From positions 11,904,001 through 11,968,000 of the forward strand of contig CP075496.1 in assembly GCA_021613535.1 (NCBI GenBank): 64,000 bases of DNA. The letters are read 5' to 3'. Numbering within the stretch: the first letter of the stretch is position 1; each line of letters starts with the position of its first letter. This DNA comes from Adineta vaga (taxonomy: Eukaryota > Animalia > Rotifera). Both the position numbers and the translations under genes were made by a program. The notes beneath the pieces were generated by a model. It saw only the letters and a program-made list of their open reading frames with translations. It was not told where the DNA came from and ran no database searches. This document shows positions 1-11,443 of the stretch, piece after piece.

Positions 1-1529
1 TATATAGTTCCAAAATTCAATCCATTTACTTCATTCTCCATTTCAACGGCATCCTTTCTGAAAACATCTATTCATCTCTTTATTTCCATATCCAGTAGAC
101 TTACTACAAGTTTTCAGGACATTCCATCTAAAGATGATCAAGAGAAAGCAAATCGTTCTAAACGTTTTGCTTACGAAGAGTCTACACGCATAGGATCTAT
201 AATGCAACGTTATGATCATCTTAATCAATTTCCTAATCTATGTGAATTTATGACAGATGATGAATTAACATTACCAGGTGATGTTTTAAATGATGTTGAT
301 ATTCAATTTGAATCACAAGCACGTTTAGCATTAACTTTATCACATTTTCTTTCGAGTTTTTATCAAATTGTCAATCCTGCTGAAGATTTTCCATTACGTA
401 AAGCAGAATTAGAATTGACAGATGAACAAATTATTGGTGAAGTCTTATCAGTTGCTGGCAGTGATTTTAAAGTTGTTGGTATCGGAATATTCTTTGATCG
501 CGGAAAATTTCCCAATTATCGTTTACCTTATTTTGGACCGTATGCTTTTCGAACTGAAGATGATATTGGTCGAAAATATTCAGTTGTCGACTGGGCAGGT
601 TTACCTGATGGTTATGAAAATGAAATATGGTTTCGAGTAAAAGAAAACGATTTATTATTATTGCTAAAATATAGTAATCTTTCTTATTTAGACAATGAAA
701 GCTCGATGGGGAACAAATTCACATCGAGCAGAATTAACGGAATTTTGGTTGAAATTATTTGTTCGATCAGATTATTCTGGTAATGCTTTAGTTCATCATG
801 AATCGGGTTTTCCACTTTATTTTAATGCACCAGAGTTAAAGTAGTAACACGACATTAACATATTTTTATATTTCAATGGAAAAATGTTGTTCTTTCAGGC
901 ATGGTCAATGGTTTCCACCTACATTTCAATGTAGTAGAAACTATACTCTACCACGGCAATGGATTGTTACGTATGCAGTGCCTTTCTTTGGTCTAGATGC
1001 ACTTGGAATTAATCTTGAATTCAAGTAAAAATTTATTATTAGATTTGTTTTCATTCTCAATTAATAACTATATGTATTGTAGAGGTGTTGTACGAGTCGA
1101 TACTCATCTTAACTATTTGGATATCAATCAATGTTCCATGCCTTACTATGTACCAAATGCATTCAAAGGTAGCGATCGTTGTGATTATCAAAGTACAATG
1201 GTATGTTTTATATGGAAATAGATTTCTTCAAGATGAAAATTTGATTTCGCTTTTTTCTATAGTGTGAACCATTACTGGGTCGAGGCTTTCGTCTTGGTAA
1301 ATATAAATGTCGTTGTCGACCTGGTTATGAATATCCATTTATTGATCAAAATGATTTTTTTACTGGTGATACTCTAGATACTCAATGGGAATTATTAATG
1401 AATGATAATTCTCATATATCACGATTTAATCAACTCATATGTCGTATTGCTCTTGCTAGTTCAATCAAACCAGTTAATTTTATTGTTTTTATAGCGATTA
1501 TTTCTTTTGTCATGTTATGCAATCGATAA
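1..1529 (+). CDS. GPR158/GPR179-like extracellular (Cache + EGF-like) protein, 5'-partial, ending in one hydrophobic C-terminal segment with no 7TM
   Basis: Five spliced exons (~1-637, 692-840, ~899-1024, ~1083-1200, 1263-1529) give GIGIFFDRGKF..FGPYAFR, GQWFPPTFQC..WIVTYAVPFFG, FRGVV-like KGVVRVD..LDINQC, AFKGSDRCD, CEPLLGRGFRLGKYKCRCRPGYEYP, typical of the GPR158/179 ectodomain. It ends ...ASSIKPVNFIVFIAIISFVMLCNR* (TAA 1527-1529). The frame is open to base 1. Confidence 0.75.
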
Positions 1530-1782
1530 ATCCGTCCGACATGTTTTATCAGTGATTTTGTTTTGTGCTTTAAATTGTCATTGTATTTTTTTTTGTTATT
1601 CCTTTTGGACGTTAATCTGTATAGTATTTCTTGTTGTTTCTTTTTCTTCTGAATACTTGTTGTGTACATTTTCTATTGTTGGTTGAAGTATATTTTTTTA
1701 TTAAAGAAGAAAAAAGTGAATTCTAAACGATGGAGAGTTCAAGAGAAGAAAATATCTTAATTTACAGTCGGGGAGGACATGG

Positions 1783-3747
1783 TTAACGGTCAACTTCACC
1801 AAAGACAATATCTAATGTACCGATAATAGCAACTAAATCAGCAAGCATATGACGACGAGCAATACGATCAAGGGCAGCCTAGAATAAATAGAGATGACTA
1901 AGAAGATGATAAGAATGATTTATTTACTAAATGAATAAATCCAGGAGCTTTTATATGAACGCGATAAGGTCTTGATGTACCATCAGAAACAAGATAAACA
2001 CCCATTTCACCCTAGATAATACAAAGAATTATTTAATTATATGAAAAAAAATTATTCAACGAACTTTTGGTGCTTCTATAGCAGTATATGTTGTACCGGG
2101 TGGAACTACAAAACCTTCACTGAAAAGTTTAAAATGATGAATAAGTGCTTCCATTGATTCCTATAATGAAAATTAGTTTACATAGTCTCTTTTCAACTTT
2201 TGAATTTACCTTCATTTCTCCACGTTTTGGTGGTGTTATTTTATGATCATCAACCTATATTAAACAGTACGTATCTCAAAAGACATATTCATCGAATCTT
2301 TTGTTTTTCGTTTACTTTATATTCTCCAGCAGGCATTTTATTAATACATTGTTCCATTATTCTTAAACTTTGTCTCATTTCTTCCATTCGACATAAATAT
2401 CTACAATAATATATCTCTTTAACTGTAATATTCAATAGAAATGCTTTTACCGATCGAAACAATCTCCATTCACACCAATTGGTACATCGAATTCCATTTT
2501 ATCATATGCATCATAGGGTTGTGATTTTCTTAAATCCCATTTAACACCCGATCCACGTAACATAACACCAGAAAAACCAAGATTAAGAGCTTCTTCAGCT
2601 GATATAACACCAATACCAACTGTTCGTTGATTCCAAATACGATTTCCTGTTAGAAGATCATCAACTTCATCAATACGACGAGCATATAATTCGCACCATT
2701 TGTGAACATCTTCCATAAATCCAAGTGGCATATCAAATGCAACACCACCTGGACGCACATAAGCAGCATGCATACGAGCACCACTAAGACGTTCATAAAA
2801 CTCGCAAATCTAAATTTAATTACATTTGGTATTTTTCAATTGAAAGGGAAAATCTTTTAGTGAAGGAAAACAAACCTTTTCTCGTTCTTCGAAAAGCCAA
2901 AAGAATGGAGTCATAGCACCGACATCAAGTGCGTGACAACCAACAGCTAATGTATGATTTAATATACGTGTCATTTCACCCATTAATGCTAATATCAGAT
3001 AAGTTTTATAATAAAATAAAACATATTTAAACTTTTCCTTTTACTTCGAATATATTTTGCACGTTCAGGAATTTCAATACCGAGAAGACGTTCAACAGCT
3101 AATGAATAGACTTGTTCATTTGTCATCATTGAACAATAATCCAATCGATCAAAATATGGTAAAGCCTAAATAGAAGTATAAATGTACTTGAAAAGCGTCA
3201 AAGTATAAAGTTATTATTTTACTTGAATGTAGGTTTTGTATTCGCAAAGTTTTTCTGTACCTCGATGTAAAAGTCCAATATGTGGATCAGCACGTAAAAC
3301 AGTCTAGAAGAAAATTCTTTATATTCCATTTATTAGAAGAAAAAATCGACTTGATTACTTCTCCATCAAGTTCAACAATAAGACGAAGTACACCATGAGC
3401 AGCTGGATGTTGTGGACCAAAGTTAACTTTAAAATTACGTAGTTTACGTTTTGGTGGTGTTTCAACCATTAATTCTAAAAAGAAAAGATTGAGAAGAGAA
3501 ATGAAATTTATTTTTTACCATTTCGAAATGGTTTTTCTTTCCATTGAGCATATTCAGGATTTGAATAGAAATAACTGGCTTGAGATAAATAATTTCGATG
3601 TTCTTCTTTACCCAGAAACCATGAAACCGAACGCTTTTGATCCACTGATTTTGATGTCGTTGGTAGAAGTAAAAAACCTGTACGAACAGGATTTGTTGAA
3701 CGTAAAATCCATTGAATGGATTTACCACTTAAAATAGCTACTGACAT
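1783..3747 (-). CDS. NDUFS2: NADH:ubiquinone oxidoreductase 49 kDa core subunit (multi-exon)
   Basis: [55 protein letters not shown]-terminal VFGEVDR* (TAA 1783-1785). ATG at 3747 begins a basic, presequence-like N-terminus. Confidence 0.97.
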
Positions 3748-3830
3748 TGTACTGATGAAAACTATAAGAAGAATAAAAAATGAACTACGCGAATGGTGTA
3801 TTATACAATCAACCATTACGAACATCTACT

Positions 3831-3861
3831 TTTCTATTGGTTGATTTCATCTAACCAATCA
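3831..3861. promoter_or_regulatory. Inverted CCAAT-box pair in the NDUFS2 / RNF145-like bidirectional promoter
   Basis: TTTCTATTGG-N14-CCAATCA (ATTGG 3836-3840, CCAAT 3855-3859) lies in the ~200-bp spacer between divergent ATGs at 3747 and 3950. Confidence 0.6.
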
Positions 3862-3949
3862 AAAATAAATTGATCATTAAGGTTTTGCGAGTAAGTTTTT
3901 TATTTCAGTTATTTTTTTCTATTAATTTCATTGCAATATTCTTTTGTGG

Positions 3950-6106
3950 ATGGAGACTGATGATGATAATAATGAAATTGATATCACCGAAGATTTCCAT
4001 TTACGTCTATTAAATCAAGCTGGAAATGAACGGAAAACGTTTTTGGAATTTTTACAACGTTTTATTCCTCGACAAACAATTATTTATATTCAATATTGTT
4101 TATTACGTATCCCATTATTACTTTTGTATGATTATCTCTATACAGATCAATTTGCTTCATTATTTCATCGTTTCCTTGAATATTCAACTGATATTCTTGA
4201 TCAAGAATATCACATTTTATATAAACCTTTAACTTATATATTACACAGCTATTTTCTTCGTGTATTAATTGAGATAAATTTAACGCTTTCCATACCAATT
4301 TTAGGTAGAAATTTACACTTTTCATTTATATATAAATAAATAAAAGCCATTTATCATTTCTAGGATTTCTTCTTCTGATTATTTTCTTATTATGTTCTGA
4401 TCGACGTCTTGTGATCTTTTACAGTTATATTACTTCAATACTTGTTATCTATTTTTATTATCAAATCAATCGTTTCACAGATACACAATTAAATAAGTTC
4501 ATATTACAATTTATTCTTTCAACAATCTATCTTCAAATGCTCAAATTACGTTGTACTGTTTCGATTCATACAACACAGGCCAATTTATCTCGTTTAGCAC
4601 CATTAATGTATCTCTTCACACGACTTCTCTTTCCATACAAATATAGTATGCATCTACAACATGGATATTATCTTACTTGGTTAATCATACATTTATCCGA
4701 ATTATTTATTTATCAACGTGATTCGATTCTTCATCTAATTCGAATTCGTTTTATTAATGAAATCTTTCATCTATATCATAATTTTGGTATGCAATCATTA
4801 TTTACTTATTTACAACAACGAATCGATATGATGTCTTTAATGAAAATCTTTTGGTTAATCAAAATCATTGTTTTACCATTAGGATTTCGGGCAATATATT
4901 CGAATCCATTCATTATAAATACAATAGACAGTATCAATGGTACTAATGAAACAATTGTAAATTATAATGTAACATTAACAAAAACAATCTATTTTACAGC
5001 TTTATATTATGGAACTGAGACGACATTTACGTAAGATCATTCACAAAGAAAGAAATATAGTAAAGATTTATTTTGAATTTTTTAGACTAATAAGTTTTGC
5101 TTGTTTTATTTCACATGGCATTAAAATCATTTCTCATCGTTTCTTTCATCTTCTACATATTTGGACAGAAGATGTCGAACAAATTGGTACAGTCATGGGT
5201 GTGATGTTATTTCTTCTCCTATTTCAATCAAATTTAATTCGACTTGATCTTCATCGACGACATGTACCTTTATTGAAAGCGTTTAGTTTACTTGTTGTTG
5301 CATCATTTCATTTCCTTCATACCATACTCGAACCACAGTTACTTAAAGTAGCTATGCAAACAATGACAACAAAAATGGCATTTGATTCAACAGATGATAC
5401 GGAACAACAAGAACTACAAAATAGTAGTTCAAGATCATATTTTAGTTCAGAAATTCTTCGTTCATTCTATCATCGACATGTTTATACATGTTTAACTATT
5501 TTACTTTTTCTTATTCTCTACACACTTTTCTTGTGGCGTATCGCAACATTCTCCACATGGCTTTTAGCAGTCACAGCTTTTTCATTGGAATTAATCGTAC
5601 GTTTGTTAGCATCATTAGCTCAATATACACTCTATGTTCTTGATGCACACAATCGTTTATCAAATGTTGATTCATTTGATGAATATATCTTTCGTATAAA
5701 AGCAGTTACATCATGTTTTGAATTTATTCTTGGAATATTTCTTCTTTGCAATGGATTCTATATCTTATGTTATGAAGCTAGTGGAGCATTACGTGCATTT
5801 ATGCTTGCTATACATGCATATTTGAATATCATCAAAAATTTTCGTCGTGGTTGGCAAATATTTTGTAATCGAAAATCGGCATGGCGTAATGTAAGTCAAT
5901 TGCCATTAGCAACACAAGAACAAATTGATGATTATAATGATATATGTTCAATTTGTCATAATGTTTTAACAATTGAAAATACTTGCATAACACCATGCCA
6001 TCATTTATTTCATCAAAAATGTTTGCAAAAAGTTTTCTATGCAAGTCAAAACTGTGCGTTATGTTCACGTCCAATTATTTTGGATAAAACTGATCATCAA
6101 CAATAG
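3950..6106 (+). CDS. TRC8/RNF139/RNF145-family multi-pass membrane RING-H2 E3 ligase
   Basis: LLRIPLLLLYD N-terminal motif, many TM segments, HAYLNI..GWQIF, LPLATQEQIDDYNDICSIC..ITPCHHLFHQKC..CALC. Three exons with introns at ~4305-4362 and ~5031-5085. Confidence 0.9.
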
Positions 6107-6269
6107 AAGAAGGCCATTGTAACATTTTTTTCTTTCAATTGTATTTCTGTGATGTAATGGAACAAAAAAAAATAAGAAAAAGTTTTTATTTTACATTCTG
6201 TTTGTATTTATAAATGAAATCTAATCGATTTGTTGTTTTTATTTTATAGATTAATTCAAGAGAGAAAAA

Positions 6270-7139
6270 ATGAGTATGGAAGGATCCACAAGCGTATGTA
6301 TGAATAGATATGATTCATATTGAGAAATATTATGTTTAATATAGACACGACCATCGAAAACACCAAGTGTAGCACCTTGTTTTTGGACAAATTCTGAAGT
6401 ATTACAATGGATGAAAAATAGTTTACCAGAATTATTTAATAAATATGGTGGCTTTTTTAAAAGCCATGGTATCCGAGGTATGCTCAAATCAATTATCTCA
6501 CATGTCATACGAACATAAGGACGATCTATTTTTGATCATTGAATGTTTCTTATGAGCTAAAAATACGAATTGATGTTATTTGTAGAAAAAAATAGCTCAG
6601 TATGACTTAACATCGTTCATTTGACATCTATTCATAGAATTCAAACAAGCAGAATACTAGTTCAAAGTAGAGATCTATTTTTAGTCTTCAAAAAATTTCA
6701 GAGCTATTCTTGTCTTTATGTTACCATATTGAGATTGAAGTTCAATAGATACAATAAATAACATGGTTTTTTTTAGGAATAAAATAGTTAGGTGATATTG
6801 TTATCAAATTATATTTTAGGACGAACGCTATTCATGTTGAATGATAATCTACTTTTGGAAATGGGTATCAATGATGCACAGGATCGGTAGAGTTTATTTC
6901 GAATCGATTCTCCTTTTTCATTTGATTGATATATATATATATATAGAGCACAATATCGTATTGAAATATCGAAATTAAAAATCAAATCTGATTTATTAAC
7001 ATTAAAGAATACTCATCATAAAGGTAGAAATGATGACGATCTTATTTGAACATTCCTTTAATAGAATTTAATTTTAGGTAATATTCGATTCATAGAAGAA
7101 AATTCAATCAGTGAATCATCACAAAATGAACATATTTAA
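6270..7139 (+). CDS. ave: Aveugle/SAMD10/SAMD12-like SAM-domain-only adaptor (5 small exons, not in the ORF track)
   Basis: Exons 6270-6293, 6345-6477, 6820-6886, ~6947-7023, ~7078-7139 splice in phase to MSMEGSTS-TRPSKTPSVAPCFWTNSEVLQWMKNSLPELFNKYGGFFKSHGIRG-RTLFMLNDNLLLEMGINDAQDR-AQYRIEISKLKIKSDLLTLKNTHHK-GNIRFIEENSISESSQNEHI*. This matches the W..V..W / HxIxGR / MG....R pattern of aveugle-type SAM domains. Confidence 0.8.
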
Positions 7140-7766
7140 ATTCTAGTTTTCTTGTTTCTTTTTTTTTCTTGTAAATATATATTTATATATTTGTTGTCAT
7201 TTAAACATAGTTATTCATCTATTATAATTAATGTTTCTTTTTAGACCATAATTTTACTTTTGATTTATTTTCGTTTTATCATTCGACGAATATTAATTAA
7301 TAAGCGGTAAACGATTGTACCATCCATATGAAAGAACACGTGTATGTGTGTGTGCGTGCGTGTTATTGATTTATAAAGAATGAAGTAATATCGTGTTCTG
7401 TTTACAATAAATTCAGAGTACTATTCTGATTTACATATTTTCCATTGCTTATATTACAGAATACAGGTTAAGAACTCTCTAAGGAAATCTTAATAATCAA
7501 ATCTACATGAAATAGAAATGAAATCTCCTTCTTAACCTCGGATGAGATTACCATACTAATATTTCACTTCATTTTTTTTAGATTCTTAGGCTTTCTTCTG
7601 TGCAGAAAAGGATCATTTTAAACATGGAGTTTATATAAATATCTTCTCGAGAGATACACAGACCCTCAATCTAGGTTCTCTTGTCTTTTTTTCTTTTAAA
7701 AAAGATTAATTATCTCTTTAAAATAGTTCATATTCAATACCAAATTATTATACAATAAAAATGATT

Positions 7767-7767
<1 letters not shown>

Positions 7768-7798
<31 letters not shown>
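7768..7798. repeat. (CT)n microsatellite upstream of a splice acceptor
   Basis: About 15 CT units just before tttttag at 7801-7807. Confidence 0.9.
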
Positions 7799-7805
<7 letters not shown>

Positions 7806-7863
7806 AGATTTCGCATGTCGCAAGAAAAATCTCCTTTGAATGAAACAAATGTTTTGCTTTAAA

Positions 7864-10048
7864 ATGGTAAGATATTTCATTCTTACCTTTCATGACATAT
7901 TCATTCATATCCAGGGTCATGGCGTTTCATCTGATACAACTGGCCAAACAATAGTTGAGCCAAATTCAAATGAACATTATCTTGGTCTTGTTAATGTAAA
8001 TATCTATGAAATTGACTTTTTCTTTTTCGATCAATCAAAATCTTTTTATTCATTTTCTTACAAATTCAGTTTGGTAATACATGTTACTGTAATTCGGTGC
8101 TTCAAGCTCTTTATTTTTGTAAACCATTTCGTGAACATGTCTTACATTATCGTTTAACACAAAAGAATAAGAAGGAGAATCTTTTAATATGTCTTGCTGA
8201 TTTATTTCATATGATTGTATCTGGAAAACGACGAACAGGTGCATTACAACCAAAAAAATTTATCAATAAACTACGTAAAGAAAACAATACATTCGATAAT
8301 GATATGCAGCAAGATGCACATGAATTTCTAAATCATTTATTAAATACATGTGCAGATATTCTTACTGGTAGATTGATTCTCTTCGAAGTTTTTCAATAAA
8401 TATATATAGTTTTTTTTCTCTTCTGTATTTTAGCAGAGAAAAAAGAAGAAAAAGAAAAACATGACAAACAGAAAACAAAATCAAATTCAATTACAACAAA
8501 TAATTCTCATACACAATCGAATGGTGATGGACAATTTAATCGAACATCATTTCAATTAAATAGTGATTCCGCTAGTGCTAACTCGGTGATGGAGGATACG
8601 TGGATACATGAACTTTTTCAAGGAACTCTTGTATCAACAACGAAATGTTTGAATTGTGAAACAGTAAGTAGACTATTATGAGATACTATTCTCTAAACAA
8701 TATTTAAAGGAATCTTTTATATTCATCAATGAAAGAGCAGAGTTTTAGAGAGATGATCTTTGAACCGACTTGCCCCATATAATTCAATTTGATTATCAAA
8801 GACTATAGATTAATCTTCGTCTTCTTTCTTTAGTATATGTTTAGTCATACGTATTTCCTTTCATGCAGATCTAATTTAGTTATTTTTAGTCATTCCACTT
8901 GATAGATATAAAAGTGAGACCGTATTCAACACTATTTATTAACATACGAAATAACTAATAGATTAGTCTTGAGATCGTGTTATCATAGCTAATCTATGTT
9001 TTTCTGTGGATATAATTGAATATATTATTTTTTACTTGATGAATTCTTTTTCCATTGTCATCAGTCATTAAATTGAATAATCTATTTCGTGACTTGAAAT
9101 AGAAATTAAAACTGTTACATTTCTCCGTTAATAATGTATATGTTTTCATTTACTTCATAGAACAAAGTAGCTATCTATTAAAATTATCGAGCACTTTTGT
9201 TTTTTGTTCCATTTATATTTATCACGAGATAAAATAATCTGTGTCGTAATTAATACGATAAAGAATTTTTATGATTTTATTTTTAGGTTAGTAGTAAAGA
9301 TGAAAATTTTCTTGACTTGTCCATTGATGTGGAAGAAAATACATCGATCACAACATGTTTACGAGTGTTTAGTAATATCGAAATATTATCAGGTGAATCT
9401 AAATATTATTGTGAAACATGTTCAAGTAAACAAGAAGCTACGAAAAGGTAAAATTAGAAAGAAAGAAAGAAAAAAACCATATCTGTTGTTTATTGGATTT
9501 ATTTAATTAGAATGCGTATTAAGAAATTACCACGTATATTAGCACTTCATTTGAAACGTTTTAAATATTTTGAAGTGTTCAAACAATATAAGAAACTATC
9601 GTATCGTGTTGTTTTTCCCTTTGAACTTCGATTATTAAATACGGTAAATGATTTGTTTTGTTTTCGATAGTTTTTTCTTTGAATTTTTCTTATTTCCATA
9701 ATGAAAATTTTAGTCAGAAGATTGTACAAATAATGATCGTATTTATGATCTTGTTTCTCTTGTTGTTCATTGTGGAATTGGTCCAAATCGGGGCCATTAT
9801 ATAGCAGTTGTCAAACGAGATGGTTCTTGGCTTGTTTTTGATGACGAAACTGTCGATGTAAGGATTCATTTTGTTTTTCCTTCTTTCTTGTAAAAATACA
9901 AATCTCACATATCCTATATTTCTTCTTTTTTTTGTCTAATTAGCGACTTGATCCGTCCAATTTTGAAGAATTTTATGGTGTTTCACATGATCTTGGTCGT
10001 CAATCGGAAACGAGTTATATTTTATTCTATGAAAGTCGAGATTATTAA
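7864..10048 (+). CDS. USP46: Ubiquitin-specific protease USP12/USP46 (multi-exon)
   Basis: ATG|intron|[15 protein letters not shown]|[17 protein letters not shown] (Cys box), [31 protein letters not shown] (His box), [14 protein letters not shown] (TAA 10046-10048). USP12 and USP46 cannot be separated by eye. Confidence 0.95.
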
Positions 10049-11443
10049 CAGAATCTTCTCATTCTTGTGACGTTCGAGAACATCATCACTTGTTGGTTTT
10101 CTTTCTGATATTTCTTTTTTATGAGGATCCTTTATCAAGGCAAAAATAACGCAAGATATTTCGTTACAAAAAGAAGAAAATAGTCAATGAACTCGATGTA
10201 TATTTTATACTTGAACAAGAAAAACTAATGTTGTTTGTTTCTTTTTTTTATTTACAATCTTTTTTTTGTCTTTTCAATTCACGTACGCGCGTCAAAGAAA
10301 AATTCTATTCTATATTCTTGCTTTTTTGTGCGTATATGTTTTTCATTGGGTTTTCTTCTGTCTCTCTTTCTTTCTTCTTTTTTTTTACTTCTTGTGCAAA
10401 CAAAAAAGCAAATAAATGAAAGATATATATATATATATATCTGACTAAATCAAGCAAAAATGTATTTGATTAGGCATAAATACTAGATAAGATGTTGAAT
10501 AGAAGAATAAAAGTAAAAGTTATCGGTTGAGCGCAAAGAATGCTGAAGAAAGAAACATGGGTCATGCGGAAGAACTCAGTTTAGAGTTGGATTTGAAAGA
10601 AAAGTACTTTTCCGACATGATTTTCTTCCTGTTTAAATGACGTTTATGAACAATGAAAGAGAAAACATACCAAGAAAAAAAACTAGTTGTCAAATTGTAT
10701 TTATGATGAAAGAACAACTATTTACAGTGGTCTGTTTGTGAGATTTATTAAATAGGATCAAACAAATGAAAAGCAGATTGAATCATTTCTTTCTTTTTTT
10801 GTATTCTTTTTGAAATAGTTTTTTTTCCGGTGAGAATTTGTCATCTTAGTCTAATGTTTTATCAAATGAAGACATTCTCATTTCATCAAACTAATCCATA
10901 ATGTCAAATTAGAGATAAGACATATCTATTCACTGATTCTCATACTTATTTTCTTTTTCACTATGATTATAGCAGAAAAGAACCAGACAATGGAAATCAA
11001 AAGCAAATATATATTATTAGCAAAAATGAACAACTAGATATGAAGACTTAGTCTTATCAAAAAACAAATGAGTTGGATTTGAAGCATAAAAAGAATAAGT
11101 TATTATCGACAGTTGTATGGTTTTTGACAGTATTAATTGAGAGAAATTAATAGGAAATAATGCTGTCCTTTTAGATTACTTTGATGTCAACGTACTAATA
11201 TTTCTCTTGTCATTATGATTTTTCTATCCTTTCACTGAGTACTCTCTCTTCTCCTTTCTCTCTCTCTCTCTCTCCCTCCTCGCACATTCATCAAAAAAAG
11301 CAGAAAAAGAAGCAGACAAGAGAAGAGAGAAAAAAACCGAGAAGAAATATTCATTTGTTTCTTTTACTTTTGTGAGAGATAGATCTAGTTTTCTTTCTTT
11401 TGAGACAAATAAAACTAAACTTCTTATTCTATATCAGAAAAGC

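Noticed and set aside
6251-6508. 85-aa minus-strand ORF
   Set aside because: It is the antisense shadow of aveugle-like exons 1-2 on the plus strand.
6512-6545. Apparent exon 3 of the SAM gene (aag|GACGATCT.., GRSIFDH*) suggesting a pseudogene
   Set aside because: A better acceptor at 6819 gives a full in-frame SAM domain, so the gene is intact.
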